From assembly GCF_964355755.1 (NCBI RefSeq), contig NC_092676.1:7479888-7543887 (forward strand): a stretch of DNA of 64,000 nucleotides. The letters are read 5' to 3'. Shown in pieces: positions 1-13,485 of the stretch. Origin of the DNA: Antedon mediterranea (taxonomy: Eukaryota; Animalia; Echinodermata). Below the pieces are notes generated by a model that ran no database searches, had not been told where the DNA came from, and was given only the letters and a program-made list of their open reading frames with translations. Made by a program: the position numbers and the translations under genes. Numbering within the stretch: position 1 is the stretch's first letter; each line of letters starts with the position of its first letter.

Positions 1-170
1 TTTGTCGTTAGACCCTTTTCTCAGCCGTTTTTGGATTCAACAGGTGGTACCAATAAATTATAGTGGAGTTTCCATTTTAACAAAAATGTCAAAGTGTAGT
101 ATACTGCTGCTTGATTTCATCTAATGAGAGTCATCTCGTGTGACGTAGCGGGCTAGAGCAGCAGCGTGAA
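1..170. repeat. Dispersed repeat fragment, second copy at 38994-39170
   Basis: Near-identical sequence TTTGTCGTTAGAC...GCAGCAGCGTGAAAA at both positions. Confidence 0.85.
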
Positions 171-744
171 AAATATGCCTAGAGTTACTACGGTACTTAT
201 CCTCATACGATCGACCCTATTAATTACCATTCTAAAGACCTGATTTTTTTTACCTAATTTAAGGTCACACTAAATTTTATTTAAAACCTACGTTATCGCT
301 GTCTACCCGCTAGGCCTATAAAAATAAGCCTAACTATTAAGTTTAGACCCAGAAATATCAACAATATCAAGCGAGCTACTTAGGTAGTGCATTGTTTTCT
401 CTTTTTATAATAATTAACTAGAACGCACATTTAATGTGCTGGTTTAATGTTATTGTTATGCATTATTTTTACAACAGTTGCAGGTCTAGTGTCTTTAAGT
501 AAACAATCTGAATCCCTTTTATTTAGGCAAGGTAGTTTTACAGTGGACAGATGGTGACATAGCATTGTTAACTAATTGGGGATGTATTACATTTCTGATC
601 ACTGCTGTATTTTTTTCATATCTATTAGATGTTAAAGGTAAAATTCTTGTACTTTTTTTTTACATCAACATAAAAAAGCAAAACATGTTAAACTAGAAGA
701 GACTTCGAGAGTGCATACCTCGCAGAACAATTCCCTTACATAAA

Positions 745-1237
745 TTTCCCCATTTTGGATAAATCAAATGTCTCTATATTGGACAGTTTCTCTATTTTGT
801 ACAAAGCACTTCTCTATTCTGAACAAATTTTACCCATTTTGTACAAATCAGATTTCTCTATATTGGACAGTTTTTCTATTTTGTACACAGCAACTTCTGT
901 ATTCTGGACAAATTTCACCATTGTGGACAAATTTCACCATTGTGGACAAATCAGATTTCTCTATATCCGACAGTTTCTCTATTTTGGACAAAGCATTTCT
1001 CTATTCTGGACAAAATTTCCACATTTCAGACAAATTGGATTCTCTATATCGGACAGTTTCTCTATTTTGGACAAAGCATTTCTCTATTCTGGACAAATTT
1101 CCCCATTTTGGAAAAATCAAATTTTTCTATATTGGACAGTTTCTCTATTTTGGACAAAGCATTTCTCTATTCTGGAAAAATTTTCCACATTTCAGACAAA
1201 TCGAATTCTCTATTTCGGACAGTTTCTCTATTTTTGA
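745..1237. repeat. Minisatellite with ~83-bp higher-order unit built from four 18-24-bp TGGACA-led subunits
   Basis: Units recur near 755, 838, 940, 1024, 1107 and 1190; accounts for the three overlapping spurious ORFs. Confidence 0.9.
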
Positions 1238-2849
1238 CACCTAGGCCTTTATATAAAAATGGTATTTCATTGTAACATCATGAATATATACAGTACTGTA
1301 CAATTTTTATTTTCCCAAAAAGGTCATGGTTATTTTGCTATTGTGTTTTATAGGATTACGTTGGGCAGTAATGACGTCAGCTGCCATTCTGGAGATGGGT
1401 TTGATTTTCCGCTGTATACCAGTTGGCATTGAAAATATAAAATGGTTGTAACATACAATAGAGAACTTATTAATTATTTTAATTATTAGTTATTTTAATT
1501 ATTTATTTATAATAATTTGAAATTGGCTACAAAATACATTAAATTAAATTAAAAACTCTATATTTATTTTTTTAACATACTGTACATATCATATTGTTTT
1601 CTTCTACAGACGCAAATGGCGGTGTGTTTATTTGAAGCTTTGATATTATAATATTGAATAATTAATGACGTAATAAGGTCAAAAGGTCACTTTTTTTTTT
1701 TATCAAAGAAACATGTAAACATATTTTTTGAAATATGGCAACATTATTTTTTTGAGTTAGCTATTAAATTGGATTAACTAGTAAAGAGAAAAAAATATAT
1801 ATTTTTTTTAATTCGAGTAGATCTATAGTGATTGCAGAACATCCAGTAGGTACAAATTCTACATGAATTAATATCTACAACTTCCATAATATATTTTTTT
1901 TTAAATGGGAGTAACCGGTCATCATGAGGAGCCATAACTGATTAAAAATTGGTAATTTTTTGCACAAATTTGCATTAAATTACCTAAATTCACACGGTTA
2001 TTAAAGTTTGCATTTGCATCGTTATTTTGCAATTAAAAATGAATAAAATCTACTACAGAAAGTAGGAAAAACAAAAATCAATTGCAGAAAACATTTTTCT
2101 ACACTTTGTACAAGCTGTGCGCACAAGTGTGTGCAGCACGCAAACAAATTTTAAAATTTTGAAATGCTCAAAAATGTACGCGAAAATTGATTAGAAATTA
2201 ATTTTGCGCATTTTGAAATTTTAAATCCGCGTAATTTTTTGCGCAGCACGCTATTTTTATCATGGCAAAAGTTGCTCCATATAAAATACACTTTTTAAAA
2301 GTGAAACTGTTCAACAATAAAATTTCATAAAATCACATATTGTGCTGCGCTACTCTAAAGTCATACAACTAAGTTTCTTGCACATCTACAGTTACAGCTC
2401 AATCTTCTCACAAAGTTATATAATCTTATTACTTTTTCGTCTTTAAACAATTAAAAATGTGCAAAATTTGATTGTAATGCATGCATTGTGCGCAGATTGA
2501 TATTTTTGTTTTTAATCTGTGATTCACCCCTTTTGATCGATCGTAAAGGTAAAAACAAATGAAAGAATTGTAACATTTCAGCGAAAATACCGGTTTTCCC
2601 GCAATTTTGTATTAACAGATTCTAGCAAAAACAGAAAGGCAATTAATACCAGAACTGGAAACACCAGCCTGGCGTACGATATATGCATTATTTTGACAAA
2701 ATGTCAAAAATTGTCTTTAAAACTGACCAATTTCATAATCCCACAAATGGCCACATTTTTTGGATAAGACAATCAATTAATTGCTTTGTGTCAAGATTTA
2801 GCAATGGTGCAGTAATTTAATGTTTGTATTTGCTGTTGTTTCCAATTAG

Positions 2850-3056
2850 GACAATGAATATTGGACATATCTGTATTGGCACAGCAGGACCAGTATTCAT
2901 GTCTGCACCTACTCTACTATCTGCCACATGGTTCCCACCATCACAGCGTACAACCTCAACAGCAATATCAAGTGCAGCAGCATACCTTGGTGTGGCAGCA
3001 TCCTTTCTGATAGGACCCAGTATTGTGACAGATATTCAAGAAACAAACCAGACAAA
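2850..3056 (+). CDS. SLC49A4: SLC49A4/DIRC2-like MFS transporter, internal exon
   Basis: AG acceptor at 2848-2849, GTAAGA donor at 3057; GHICIGTAGPVFMSAPTLLSATWFPPSQRTTSTAISSAAAYLGVAASFLIGP matches the SLC49 WF..ER.TATAI motif. Confidence 0.85.
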
Positions 3057-4325
3057 GTAAGAGACAGTATCTGAAATATCTGAAAAGATTACCTATATTG
3101 TTATTGTATGTATAAATCGTATGCATAGGGTATGCATACAGTAGAACATATACATACACTTTTTGTGCTCATATTTTTAATAACATACGTGCATGTTTAT
3201 TTCTTTATTCTGATATAAAATCAATAGGATAAAAACACAAAAAAGTACCGAGACGGCAAACTTATTTCCATTGTGGTCCTAAACAAATATAACATAACAG
3301 AAACAAGGAAACCACAATTACTTAAACATAATACACAAACATATAGCAAATTAAATTTCTCTTAATCTAAGAGAAAGTTGCTGATGATGACAACGACGAG
3401 TGCTGAGTTGTACCTATTATGTGTCCTTTAGAGTGTACAGTATACTGTATTTATATACAGTGTAGCATAGGTGAAATTAAATTGAAACTAGCAAAAATGT
3501 AATTTATATCATGCGCTAACCTTCTGTTGAAAAAAATGCCATGTTTCACAGAAAGTTACATACACATGCACCAATTAATTTCTAATCTACTTTCTATGCG
3601 TTTCATGTCATTTTAAGCATGTAAAAATGTCCATGCATGCACACATTTTTAGCGTTAAACATTATTTTTTCACCTGAATTGTGTTTTTTTTATGACATTG
3701 TAACGTCATCGTATGGCCACTCCAATATGAAATATCTTTTTTGGCATAGCTCATCACATTTAATAGAGTGCATCTCCGCTTATCTGTACCTCAATTTTCT
3801 CAAGACTTGGATATTGTCTAGATCAATCAATTATCTTTCGCATGATTTACCATTTTTTAAATTTTGATGATGTCATCATGTTCAAAAGGATGAATTACTA
3901 TGGGTACCTTATTTTCATCATTACAGTAAATTTACATATTCATTTTGTTATATTTCCCCAGAATGAAAAGTAATACTCATGATTAGAACGTTTTTTGAAT
4001 TGTAGATACAAATTCATGTATAAATTTTGCGCATCAGATGTTGTGACGTCATTTTCATCTTTTGTGTCATAGTTCATCTCATTTAAAAGAGCATGCATCT
4101 ATATTCTACTTATCTAAATTTCTTCAACATGTTAACTGCTATCTTCGTGTTTCATTTTGAAGATGTCATCATGTTTAAAATTGGAGTAAAAGGCGGGTCC
4201 TGTTATTTTCAGCTATGCTGCACTGTATGTAGTATGTATACAGTATATAGTGTATACTGTATTAGACACAAATTAGAGAGCACACTAAAAAGTATAACAA
4301 CATTTTATTTTCTTCAGGTCACAAT

Positions 4326-5632
4326 GGCATAATCGTTTTTTGGTTGCAATAACGTGCACATGATATTTGTGTGGCGGATAACTCGTCCATAGTGTGACGA
4401 GTTCAAATGTAGTTTTATATTAAGTTCCTATAAAATTATAGATGGTCTTTTATCACAAAGATCATCTATATTTGATTTTATATACAACGTTTGTAAATTG
4501 AAACTATAAATCTAGAACGGGCCCAAGGTTTTAAAATAGTTTCTATTTTGTTTTGTAGTTTCAATGAAACAAATTGGATAGGTATGTATTTTAGGTGTCT
4601 ATTTTTTATCAAGACTATAATATCATTATACAGTACTCTCATAACCAAAGGGCGAATTAAAATAACACTTTTTATTGAAAGATCATTATGAAAAAATCTA
4701 AATAATAATTATAAAATGATAAGCTTTTAAGCTTTTTTTTAATTGATATTGTTTGTTATATGAATTAAAAACACCAAAAGCAGCACAGAGTCGCAACCCG
4801 ACCCGAACTTTTGAGATATTTAGCCTTGAAGTTCAGAATGTGGAAACGGCTCATTCATTAAAAAAATTTAACAAAAAATGACTAAAACATATCAAACTAT
4901 TGTTCATGAAAAAATATCACAAGTATGTGTATTTTGCAATTAATTGAAAAATCGAAAGGAAATTTATTTTTTTTCACTCAAAAATCAACTTTCTTTACGG
5001 CGCTTTTGTAAACAAACCGCCAACCCGAATCATGTCATTTTTTATACATCTGTTTTAAAATATATCAGCTACCATAATTTTTAACTACCTAAGGGATGTT
5101 TTTATATCTATCCAATATAAATCAGTTTTATTAAGGTGTTAGGTTTCTCAAATTTGTCTATACTTGACTGTGATTGGCTATAAAGATAAATTACGCTCTC
5201 TTATTGACTGATGCTTTTGTTTAAGATGAAACAGCATGGCTTCCACCGTAGTTTTTCGAATGTAATATAGGGATTTTAAATCGTTATTTTTATCCATATA
5301 TTTTTTTTAAATAACCAAAAATATAATATTATATGTACCACACGGTGATATATTTTCGACTAGTTCGCCGTTATTGAGGAGAAAATAGCAAGTTTTGTGA
5401 GAGAGTCTTGATCGGCGGGCTAGGCCAGGCCCAGCTAATCGGCGTCACTACTTCATTGTTGATTTTCTCAAAATCAAGATTTCTTGAGCTAGAAAGTAAC
5501 TTGTATGTTTTTATTAATAACTAACTCTTCATATAATAAACCAATTTTAATAACCAATTCCTCATTTTAAAGCTTATTAAATATAGATTACGAGTATATA
5601 ATCTAAAATATTATTTCTGATTTTGTTATGCC
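4326..5632. mobile_element. Non-autonomous DNA transposon, ISL2EU-like (GG termini, AT TSD)
   Basis: Ends GGCATAA...TTATGCC with AT on both sides (4324-4325, 5633-5634); the TIR is only 7 bp. Confidence 0.45.
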
Positions 5633-5850
5633 ATGCCTCATATGTGGATCTTACAGGTCTTTATAGGTATCTACTGTACCAATAATACATCATTAAAAAG
5701 AAAAGGAAAAGAAAACGTAAATCAGAGTGATCAAAAGTTATTTACTTATACTTTAGGCCTGTGTCTTTGTTTTCCATTGTTTTTAAGCCATATAAGGTCA
5801 TATTTTGAAGGTATTAGCCAGATTTTACAGCGAATGATATGATTTTTTAG

Positions 5851-5922
5851 ACGATGGTTCTGATATATCTGAGGCTACAAGAAACAAGCACTTCCATGAA
5901 ATCATGAAACTGATGTATATTG
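5851..5922 (+). CDS. SLC49A4: SLC49A4-like exon (DGSDISEATRNKHFHEIMKLMYI)
   Basis: TTTTTTAG acceptor, GTGAGT donor; phase-1 end joins the next exon to give GAA (E). Confidence 0.75.
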
Positions 5923-6148
5923 GTGAGTTAACCATTTAAAAATAATAAAAGGGGGAAGTTATAATTCAAATAAATTCTGTTGTTGTGATAATGTATAGCT
6001 TATTCTTTGATTGATATACACTGTTTAGTGACCGTACAGAGGTTTTGTAAAATGTTATTTTAAAATAATAACTGCTAAAAAAAAAATATGATGGCATTTA
6101 GCATAGCATTACTATATATTTGTTACTATAGACATCATGTTTTCATAG

Positions 6149-6278
6149 AATGTGCATTTGGTGCAATTTTGCTGGTTTGTGTTGTGTTATATTATCCTGC
6201 AAAGCCACCCCGACCACCAAGTGTGTCAGCGTCAAAGAAACGACAAGATTTTGTTCAAGGAATGAAGAGTGTTGTCAT
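6149..6278 (+). CDS. SLC49A4: SLC49A4-like exon (ECAFGAILLVCVVLYYPAKPPRPPSVSA...)
   Basis: CATAG acceptor, GTAAGG donor; P.KPP.PPS motif typical of SLC49/FLVCR. Confidence 0.85.
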
Positions 6279-6599
6279 GTAAGGAAAACATTTCTAAATA
6301 AAAGGGGTGTATACAAAACGAAGACCGAAGCCCTATATTTTTTTGTATGTTATTTGAATGATAACACACCAGCCTAAACACAATAACACAATTTCAAACT
6401 TTTTCAGACATTTGGGTGTGAGATAATCAATGGCTCTTCATTTTGTACACATTCTTACACAAAGACCCAAAAACGAAGACCCTTTTTTTTTCAAATTTTA
6501 TTTGAATGATAAAGTAACACACCAGGCTAATACAATATCACAATTTCGAACTTTTTTAGACATTTGGGTGTGAAATAATCGAGGATCTTCATTTTGTAC

Positions 6600-6870
6600 A
6601 CATCCTATATTGGTGCATACAATAATTGCAATAGTAATAGCAAAATTATTCTGTGTTATTGTATGTCCGATTATTGAATATGATATACCTGCTTGGTTAC
6701 CAATACCAAGGAGACATCTCTACTCATTGGAACAAGTCCAACACCGAATGACTAAAATTTGTTTCTATGGGGAAGATATTTTCTATGAACAGCGTCTTAA
6801 TGTTTTAGGATTAATTGAAAAACATCATTATATTATATATATTATATAATATTGTCAAATGTCTTTATGG
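6600..6870 (+). mobile_element. Decayed LINE (CR1/L2 group) RT C-terminal fragment in intron
   Basis: PIIEY...W.P....LEQVQHRMTK...YEQRLNVLGL motif. Confidence 0.6.
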
Positions 6871-7316
6871 CATCTATACTGTAGATATTCTTAACCATAA
6901 TTTAGTCTACCCGCATCACGGTGATCATAATCATAAATCTCATATTCATACATATATCCAATCTGCAGACAGTACTGTTTTGATCTTATTAGATCTCGTC
7001 AGTGCAGCTCAGGTTTCGATAGGAAATGTACCACAGAACTGGCACAATATATAGGCTGAGCCAGGTATGCGGGACATATATATACATAATACATTGTTAT
7101 AATTGGTAAATATGAACTTTGACCCCTTATATCTCAAAACACTTCCTATCTTGATCGTTTACCTTTCATAATCTGGTCTAGAAAAAATGGATAGCATTTT
7201 GTCACCTTTCGGGTGGTGATTTGAGACCATATGTAATATATGTAGTTTTATTTATAATCATTAAGTTTTGTGTTACTGCTTTGTTGAATCTTTCTTGTAT
7301 TTTCCTTTTTACAAAG

Positions 7317-7428
7317 GAGTTCACAGATATGGATCTTGAGTCTTTCATACAGTATTTCAACTGGACTATTTAATGCTTGGAATTCACAATTAGACACAAT
7401 CTTCTTCAACACTCTAGATGTTCAGCAG
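7317..7428 (+). CDS. SLC49A4: SLC49A4-like exon (SSQIWILSLSYSISTGLFNAWNSQLDTIFFNTLDVQQ)
   Basis: AAG acceptor, GTAAAG donor; phases compatible with both neighbours. Confidence 0.8.
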
Positions 7429-7689
7429 GTAAAGTTTATTATCTTATAAGCATCACTCTCAATAAATAGGATGTTTATAATTCTAAATATCGGTAATTGT
7501 CAAATGTATTGCTCTTTATATAAAACAAAGCTGATAAAAACAAACAAACCTAGTGGAGCATGACGTTAAGACAGCTGATTATTCGCCAATAAAACAAAAT
7601 CCATTTAGAGCAAATTCGTTAAAGATGAAGATATTACAAAATGAGATTAATTGATCATCGAGCCTAGTTGCAGTGCTTGAAGTTCTCCA

Positions 7690-8680
7690 TGTATATGTAT
7701 TGTTCTAAAGCCAGATAAATCGTTTTTGTACTGATTATCAGAAGGTTAACACCATATCTAAAACAAATTCATATTCCATACCAAGAATAGATGACTGTAA
7801 ATTGATCATGTGGGTAGTGCTACGTTTGTCAGTAAATTTGATCTCCTGAAGAGTTACTGGCAAATTCCTTTAACAGAACGTGCGAAAGCTTTTGCAACTC
7901 CCATGGGTCTTTATTAGTATAAGGTGATAGCGTTCCGTTTAAAAAAAACGCCAGCCACATTCCAGAGATTGGTTAATAGTATAATTTCAGTGTTGGAGGG
8001 CTGTAAAGCTTATATACAGTAATTTTCGTGAAAAGCGAATTTTCCTGTGCAGAAATTGTGTTCTTGTGTCAAAAAGTTGGTTGTGGAAAAATGAAACCAT
8101 TAAGTGCTAAGATTAAGGCAGTCTGTGATTTCCCAGTTCCAAAGAGTAAGCAGGAATTTGTTCGTTTCCTGGGAATGGCTGGGTTTTACCAACGTTTTTG
8201 CAGAAGTTTCTCAACGCTTGTAGCTCCACTAAAAAATATTTTGAAAAAGAATGCGAGCTTTGTGTGGTTTGAAGAATGCAGTAAGGCCTTCATTAAAGTT
8301 AAAGCGATTTTATCAAACGAAGCGGTTTATGGCTCCACAATTTGACAAACAGTTCTCTGGAAATACTGTACATCATATCAGAAGAAAAGACAATGTTTAG
8401 CTGACACATTGCCAAGAGTTTAGATAAAACATTAAATTATTTTAATAGTTTTGTTGATTTTTAAAAGTGTTTATTTAAATATAATATGTTAGCTGTGATA
8501 GAGTGATGCATTAATGGCATACACGGATTTAAAGTCATTAGAACTTGTGAAATTTCAAAGAAGCAGTTGAAGTAAAATTATATCAGCGACCTGATAGCTA
8601 TAGGAAAAGAATTAAGATGTTATAGTAAACAGTTATAAGTTTAATCATATCAAACTTTCTTTAAGTGGGGGTGTGTGATG
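7690..8680 (+). mobile_element. Decayed Gypsy pol fragment (RT/connection) with PPT-like end, intronic
   Basis: KFDLLKSYWQIPL and FPVPKSKQEFVRFLGMAGFYQRFC motifs; AAGTGGGGG followed by TGTG near 8665-8680. Confidence 0.75.
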
Positions 8681-9012
8681 AGCCCTCTAGAGGAAAAGGG
8701 GAAATGAATAAAAATAGACAACTACAAAACAACATGTTTTGTTATAATATTATTATTGTTGGTTTCAACCTAACAAGCATGCCCGTAACACATATGCTGC
8801 ATGTTTTTATTGAAATATCCATACCCAAGATATATATCTTGGCTACATAAATCACCTTAGCTGTCTTGCCTCTGTCTAAATTATGTATGTTGAAAATAAT
8901 ACAGTTTTTAATATCCTGCTGTGTTATTTTGTGATCTTGCTAGTGACTTACAGTACCAATTTGTATAAGTCTTCCATAAATATTCTTTGTTATTGGTATC
9001 TTCATATTACAG

Positions 9013-9080
9013 AACATTACAGGTTGGATTGGATTTTTATCAAATATAGCTGGAACCTGTGGTGGATTAGTCATAGGAAG
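9013..9080 (+). CDS. SLC49A4: SLC49A4-like exon (NITGWIGFLSNIAGTCGGLVIGR)
   Basis: TACAG acceptor, GTAATT donor; GWIGF motif. Confidence 0.8.
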
Positions 9081-10836
9081 GTAATTAAAATTTTATTGAC
9101 TGTTATTATTTGATGAACTTTATTTTCTTGATAATCATTGTTTTATTTTTACTCGGTGTACCCGAGTCTAGGACTTCTTCTTCCTGGACACTATTGAGCC
9201 AACTTTCAAGTCCTACTACTTATTTACGCGTCGTCTGACGGCTCTGAAACATGGCATGCATATACTAGGGTGATAGGTGAACAAAGCTATAGAGAGAAAA
9301 TGTTCGTACTTCAACCGGATGCAGAATTACGACGTCATAAACATGGTACCAATCAAAAAAATTGCCATTTATAAAGTACTACTCGTCCCTTATTCGTTGT
9401 AGTATTGAGCTGGGATTTGGCATGAATATATTACAGGGACATGTCCTCAAAGCTATAGAGCCGAATTTTTTAATTTGGATGCAGCCATATGACATCTCGA
9501 AGATGGTAACGTATAGTTGTATTTCGTAGCGAGGTTAATGATGTGTATGTGACGTCACATCCCGTTTTATGACGTCATTACAGCTTCTTTTGCTGTACCC
9601 CCAATATTGCACATTCGTGCTTGTTTAGAATCCATAAGTCTAAAAAGTGCCAATCTGACACAAAAATGAAGTTTCCACTCCAACCAATAATGAGATATGG
9701 TAATTTGTCTGAAAAACAGATCAAAGGTAAAATATGGTATTTCTGGTCATTATTTGAGAAAAAACTTCATTATAGTAAATAGAAATGTTTATGTTCTGAA
9801 CATTTGACACCTAAATTAACTCTCTATGACAAGTAGTTTAATGTATATCAAAAGATATTAATATTAATGCAGTTGGCAATTGTACCATAAAGGTTAAAAC
9901 TGCATACTTCCAGGAATTTTTGGATGAAATGTTTCATCAAAAAAAATAGTAACATACATATTCTTAACAATTTGACACCAATATAAACTGTCTGTGAAAA
10001 ATATTTACCGAGATATGGCAATGCCTGAAAATATGGGTCAAAGGTTAAAAATGGTACTTCCGGTAATTTTTTTTTGCAAAAGCACTTCATTAGAATAAAT
10101 AGAAATGTTTATGTTCTGAACATTTTGAGCTAAAACTCTCTATGACCAGCAGTTTCAGAGATATAGATTGTTTAAGCGAAAATGTCTGCCATTTTAAATT
10201 ATGCAAGGGGTCATTTTGCTTGGCTCCCATTGAAAATTGAATTTGTATAAAGTGTGCCAACTGTATTCCAAATTTGGAATTTAAAGTAAATTAAAACAGG
10301 AGCCTGGTAGAATATTACTGTATAATATAAAGATAAAAATAATAAATGAACGATAAAGAACATTAATGCATACATTTGTTGATATAAAGTTTGCGGTACA
10401 CCACGTTCATTTCACATTCGATCAATATGCTTTTATCGTCCTCAGGAGTAAAAATGAATGCCTACATTAATAATAGTACAATGACAAACAAAAAGTTTTT
10501 CTTTGATGATGAAATTGGCTGGAGTTCATTAGAATGTGACATAATTATTCCTTTAAACATGGGGAATACCAGTTGATCAACACCATTTCCCGGCTCTGAA
10601 CCTAAGCTTGATTCCTTGATCATACAGGGCTTTAACTTTGGTCTTCCACCAGTCCACTCTTTTTAATAATACTCTCTACTTTGTCTAAGCACTTGCACTT
10701 CAATTGCACTGATGAAGAGCTAGTGTTGCCCAAAAGCTCTGGTATTTTTCTGGCTGTTACTTTATCATTGGGATTTACTTTTTTGCTTATTAACTTCCGT
10801 CAAGGTTGTAGTCAATTGCATGTGTTTGTTTTTCAG

Positions 10837-10955
10837 ATGTGTCGACTTTATGGGTGGTCGTATGAAAGCAGTCCTTCTCGTGTTAACTGTTCTGTCTGTT
10901 GCATTTTACATTTGGGTCACAATTATCTGTTCGCAATATATTTCTTTTCATTTGT
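10837..10955 (+). CDS. SLC49A4: SLC49A4-like exon (CVDFMGGRMKAVLLVLTVLSVAFYIWVTIICSQ...)
   Basis: TTTCAG acceptor, GTAAGT donor; phases compatible. Confidence 0.8.
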
Positions 10956-11160
10956 GTAAGTATTAAAAAAATTCATGTTTAATTTTGAGTGATACAGTTG
11001 AAATGAATAGTCACAATGTCACTCAAGACGGTTTTAATCAAGCAAAATTAGCTACTGTATTGACCAAAGAGGATCAGTTTATTGTAAACAAACCATAGTT
11101 TTAAAATAGTAATTTTCGGAAATGTAATTTAAAAATTATGCCTTGACTTGTGGTATCCCT

Positions 11161-11704
11161 TGTATCACCCGCTAACATAACAATCAACCACTAATGTAAC
11201 ATTAACCACTAGCATAACAAAATTCAACCACTACAGTTACTAGATATGAACTTGTTGATTATGTCAAGAAGCTGTCCCTTAAGAGAGAGTGGTCGTTTAG
11301 GAGAGGTGATCAGTTACAAGAGGTGGTTGTTATGAGTTGTTTAATTATGAGAAGCGGTCCTTTAAGAGAAGTGGTCGCAAATGGGGTGGTTGCTTATGAT
11401 GTATGGTCGTTTTAAGGAGATGGTCATATACGAGATGGCTGCTTTTGATAGTCAGTCGCTTATGAAAGGTGGAAATTGATAAAGTAAAGAGATGCGTTTG
11501 CACAAATCTAAACATAATTTTGTAAAAAACACACGATTAACTTACAAGTTAACTTTCTACAAAAAAAGTACATACCTTAACAATTTCTACTGTCGTTACG
11601 TTAGTGGTTAATAAAATTGTTATATTAGTTGTTGAGTGTTGTTACGTTGTCGTTAGTGGTTAATGTTACAATAGTAGTAGATTGTTACGTTAGTGGGTGA
11701 TACA
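11161..11704. mobile_element. Non-autonomous TIR element with TGT...ACA ends and 5-bp TSD (Ginger-like), containing a GAGGTGGTCGC tandem tract
   Basis: TGTATCACCCGCTAAC / GTTAGTGGGTGATACA inverted ends, TCCCT on both flanks, inverted subterminal repeats. Confidence 0.7.
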
Positions 11705-11821
11705 TCCCTTGGAGTACCTTGATGTTTACAAGGAAGATAATTGTACTTTTAGTTTCCTTTTTAATCATTTCTCTTGGTTTCCAGCATTAAACCAAGGATT
11801 TTTTTTATATATATTTCACAG

Positions 11822-12004
11822 GGCAGTTATATTGTTCAGTAATTATTGGTGCCTTCCTTGTTAGTAGTTCTGTGCCTGTTTATTTTGAGTTGATGGTAGA
11901 GACAGCTTATCCAATTGCCGAAGGAACCACAACCATGTTTCAAGCTATCCTGAATAATTTAGTTGCACTTGTCTTCCTTTTTATACCAATGATACCAAAT
12001 ATCG
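11822..12004 (+). CDS. SLC49A4: SLC49A4-like exon (QLYCSVIIGAFLVSSSVPVYFELMVETAYPIAEGTT...)
   Basis: CAG acceptor, GTAAGT donor; FEL.VE..YP..EG motif diagnostic of SLC49. Confidence 0.9.
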
Positions 12005-13381
12005 GTAAGTTCACATTTACAAAATAATTGACACATTTCATAATTTCAGTTCTACTGCAGTAATACCAAGTGCTACATGTCTACAATGTATTTAGTATTT
12101 CTGATGGAAGAATCGTCAACCTAAAAGTGGGCTTTAAAAGGCTAAAAATATATCATATTTTGTATAATTTAGTACAGCAGAAACGGTTTTTGTTTCAAGT
12201 ATGTTTCTGGGATTTTGGTTAATTATGATAAAAAGTTAAAATCAATGTACTCTATGTAGTTTGTATTGAATGTACTCTACATACAAGCACTAGAATGAAT
12301 AGAATACAGGGTCAACATGCCAACTTGTACCCAACAACTCGTAATCAAAAATAGGCTCACTCGTACTTAGTAATTTAAAAAAAAAAATTTTTTTCCATAC
12401 TAATAACAACATTTATTCAACATTTAACAGTTTTATGGGTTAAGATACACAGAAGCCAAAGTGGCTTGTCTTTGTAGTCTCAAGCATAAACGTGAAACAT
12501 AGACGGACACATTACATAACAAAAAAACAACTCCATTGTGCAGTAGCAATAGTAGCTAGCAATATGTTTCAAATATCATCTTTTTAATATTATATTATAT
12601 TATATATTTTCGCTTACTCTTATCCATCAAAGGCTTGCTCATACCCTAACCCAAGTTTAATGCTACATAAACTATATTTATTTTATTCAATTTTTAGATG
12701 CCAACAGAAACTAGCAAACACTTCTGGATTAAAAGTATAATATATGGAGTATATAGTAGTATATATACTCATAAAGAAAAAATGAAAAGATACCTGGAAT
12801 CACCATTCATTTAGAAAACTAGCGTTATATTGAGTGCACTATTTTGTGTGATTTATATTATTTTTGGTGCATTGTTAACCAGTGTGGTGTTTTTCATTTT
12901 ACTATGAATAATTAAGACTGCAACAAAAACTTCTCGATATTACATATGGGGTCTCTTGTTCTCAAAAAACATACTTCATGTTTACTTATATAGATAGAGG
13001 GTCTCTGTTTTCAACACTATACAATGCAATAATGAGATGTATTTTTTTGTGGGGGTTGTCTGTTTTTGTGGAATCTGGCCACAGTGGAACGGAGATTGAG
13101 ACTGGGTACAAATACATCTCTTTGAAGATAAATAGACATATTTGCACTGATCAAATGAACACATATTTATAAAAGGTCGTTTTTACAACAGAATTCTTCA
13201 TATAACACAAAATAATAATTAACATGGTAGCCTTAGAAAAAAAAAGGTTCCATAAAATATTCTGAGATATCAAAAAAAGGAAATGAATCAGTTGAAAGTT
13301 CACCAACTGACTCTCAATTTCAATTTTTCATGCAATAATATATTTTAAGCCTAATTTCTATTGTCTTTATGTTTCTTACAG

Positions 13382-13485
13382 GAGTTCTGTGGATGAACTG
13401 GGCACTGGTTGGTGCATGCACCATATGTATTCCACTACTTATTATCTTTAAAGAAAGTTACCAAAGACTTGGTATAGATATGTGA
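13382..13485 (+). CDS. SLC49A4: SLC49A4-like terminal exon (VLWMNWALVGACTICIPLLIIFKESYQRLGIDM*)
   Basis: TACAG acceptor; W.NW...F.ESY.RL..D C-terminus as in DIRC2; TGA at 13483-13485. Confidence 0.88.

Noticed and set aside
478-531. Possible upstream SLC49A4 exon
   Set aside because: Translation does not resemble the expected TM2-TM3 region and the donor is weak
745-1237. CRISPR-like repeat array
   Set aside because: No unique spacers, eukaryotic context, no cas genes
755-1275. Three overlapping plus-strand ORFs
   Set aside because: By-product of a stop-free minisatellite; non-ATG or arbitrary starts
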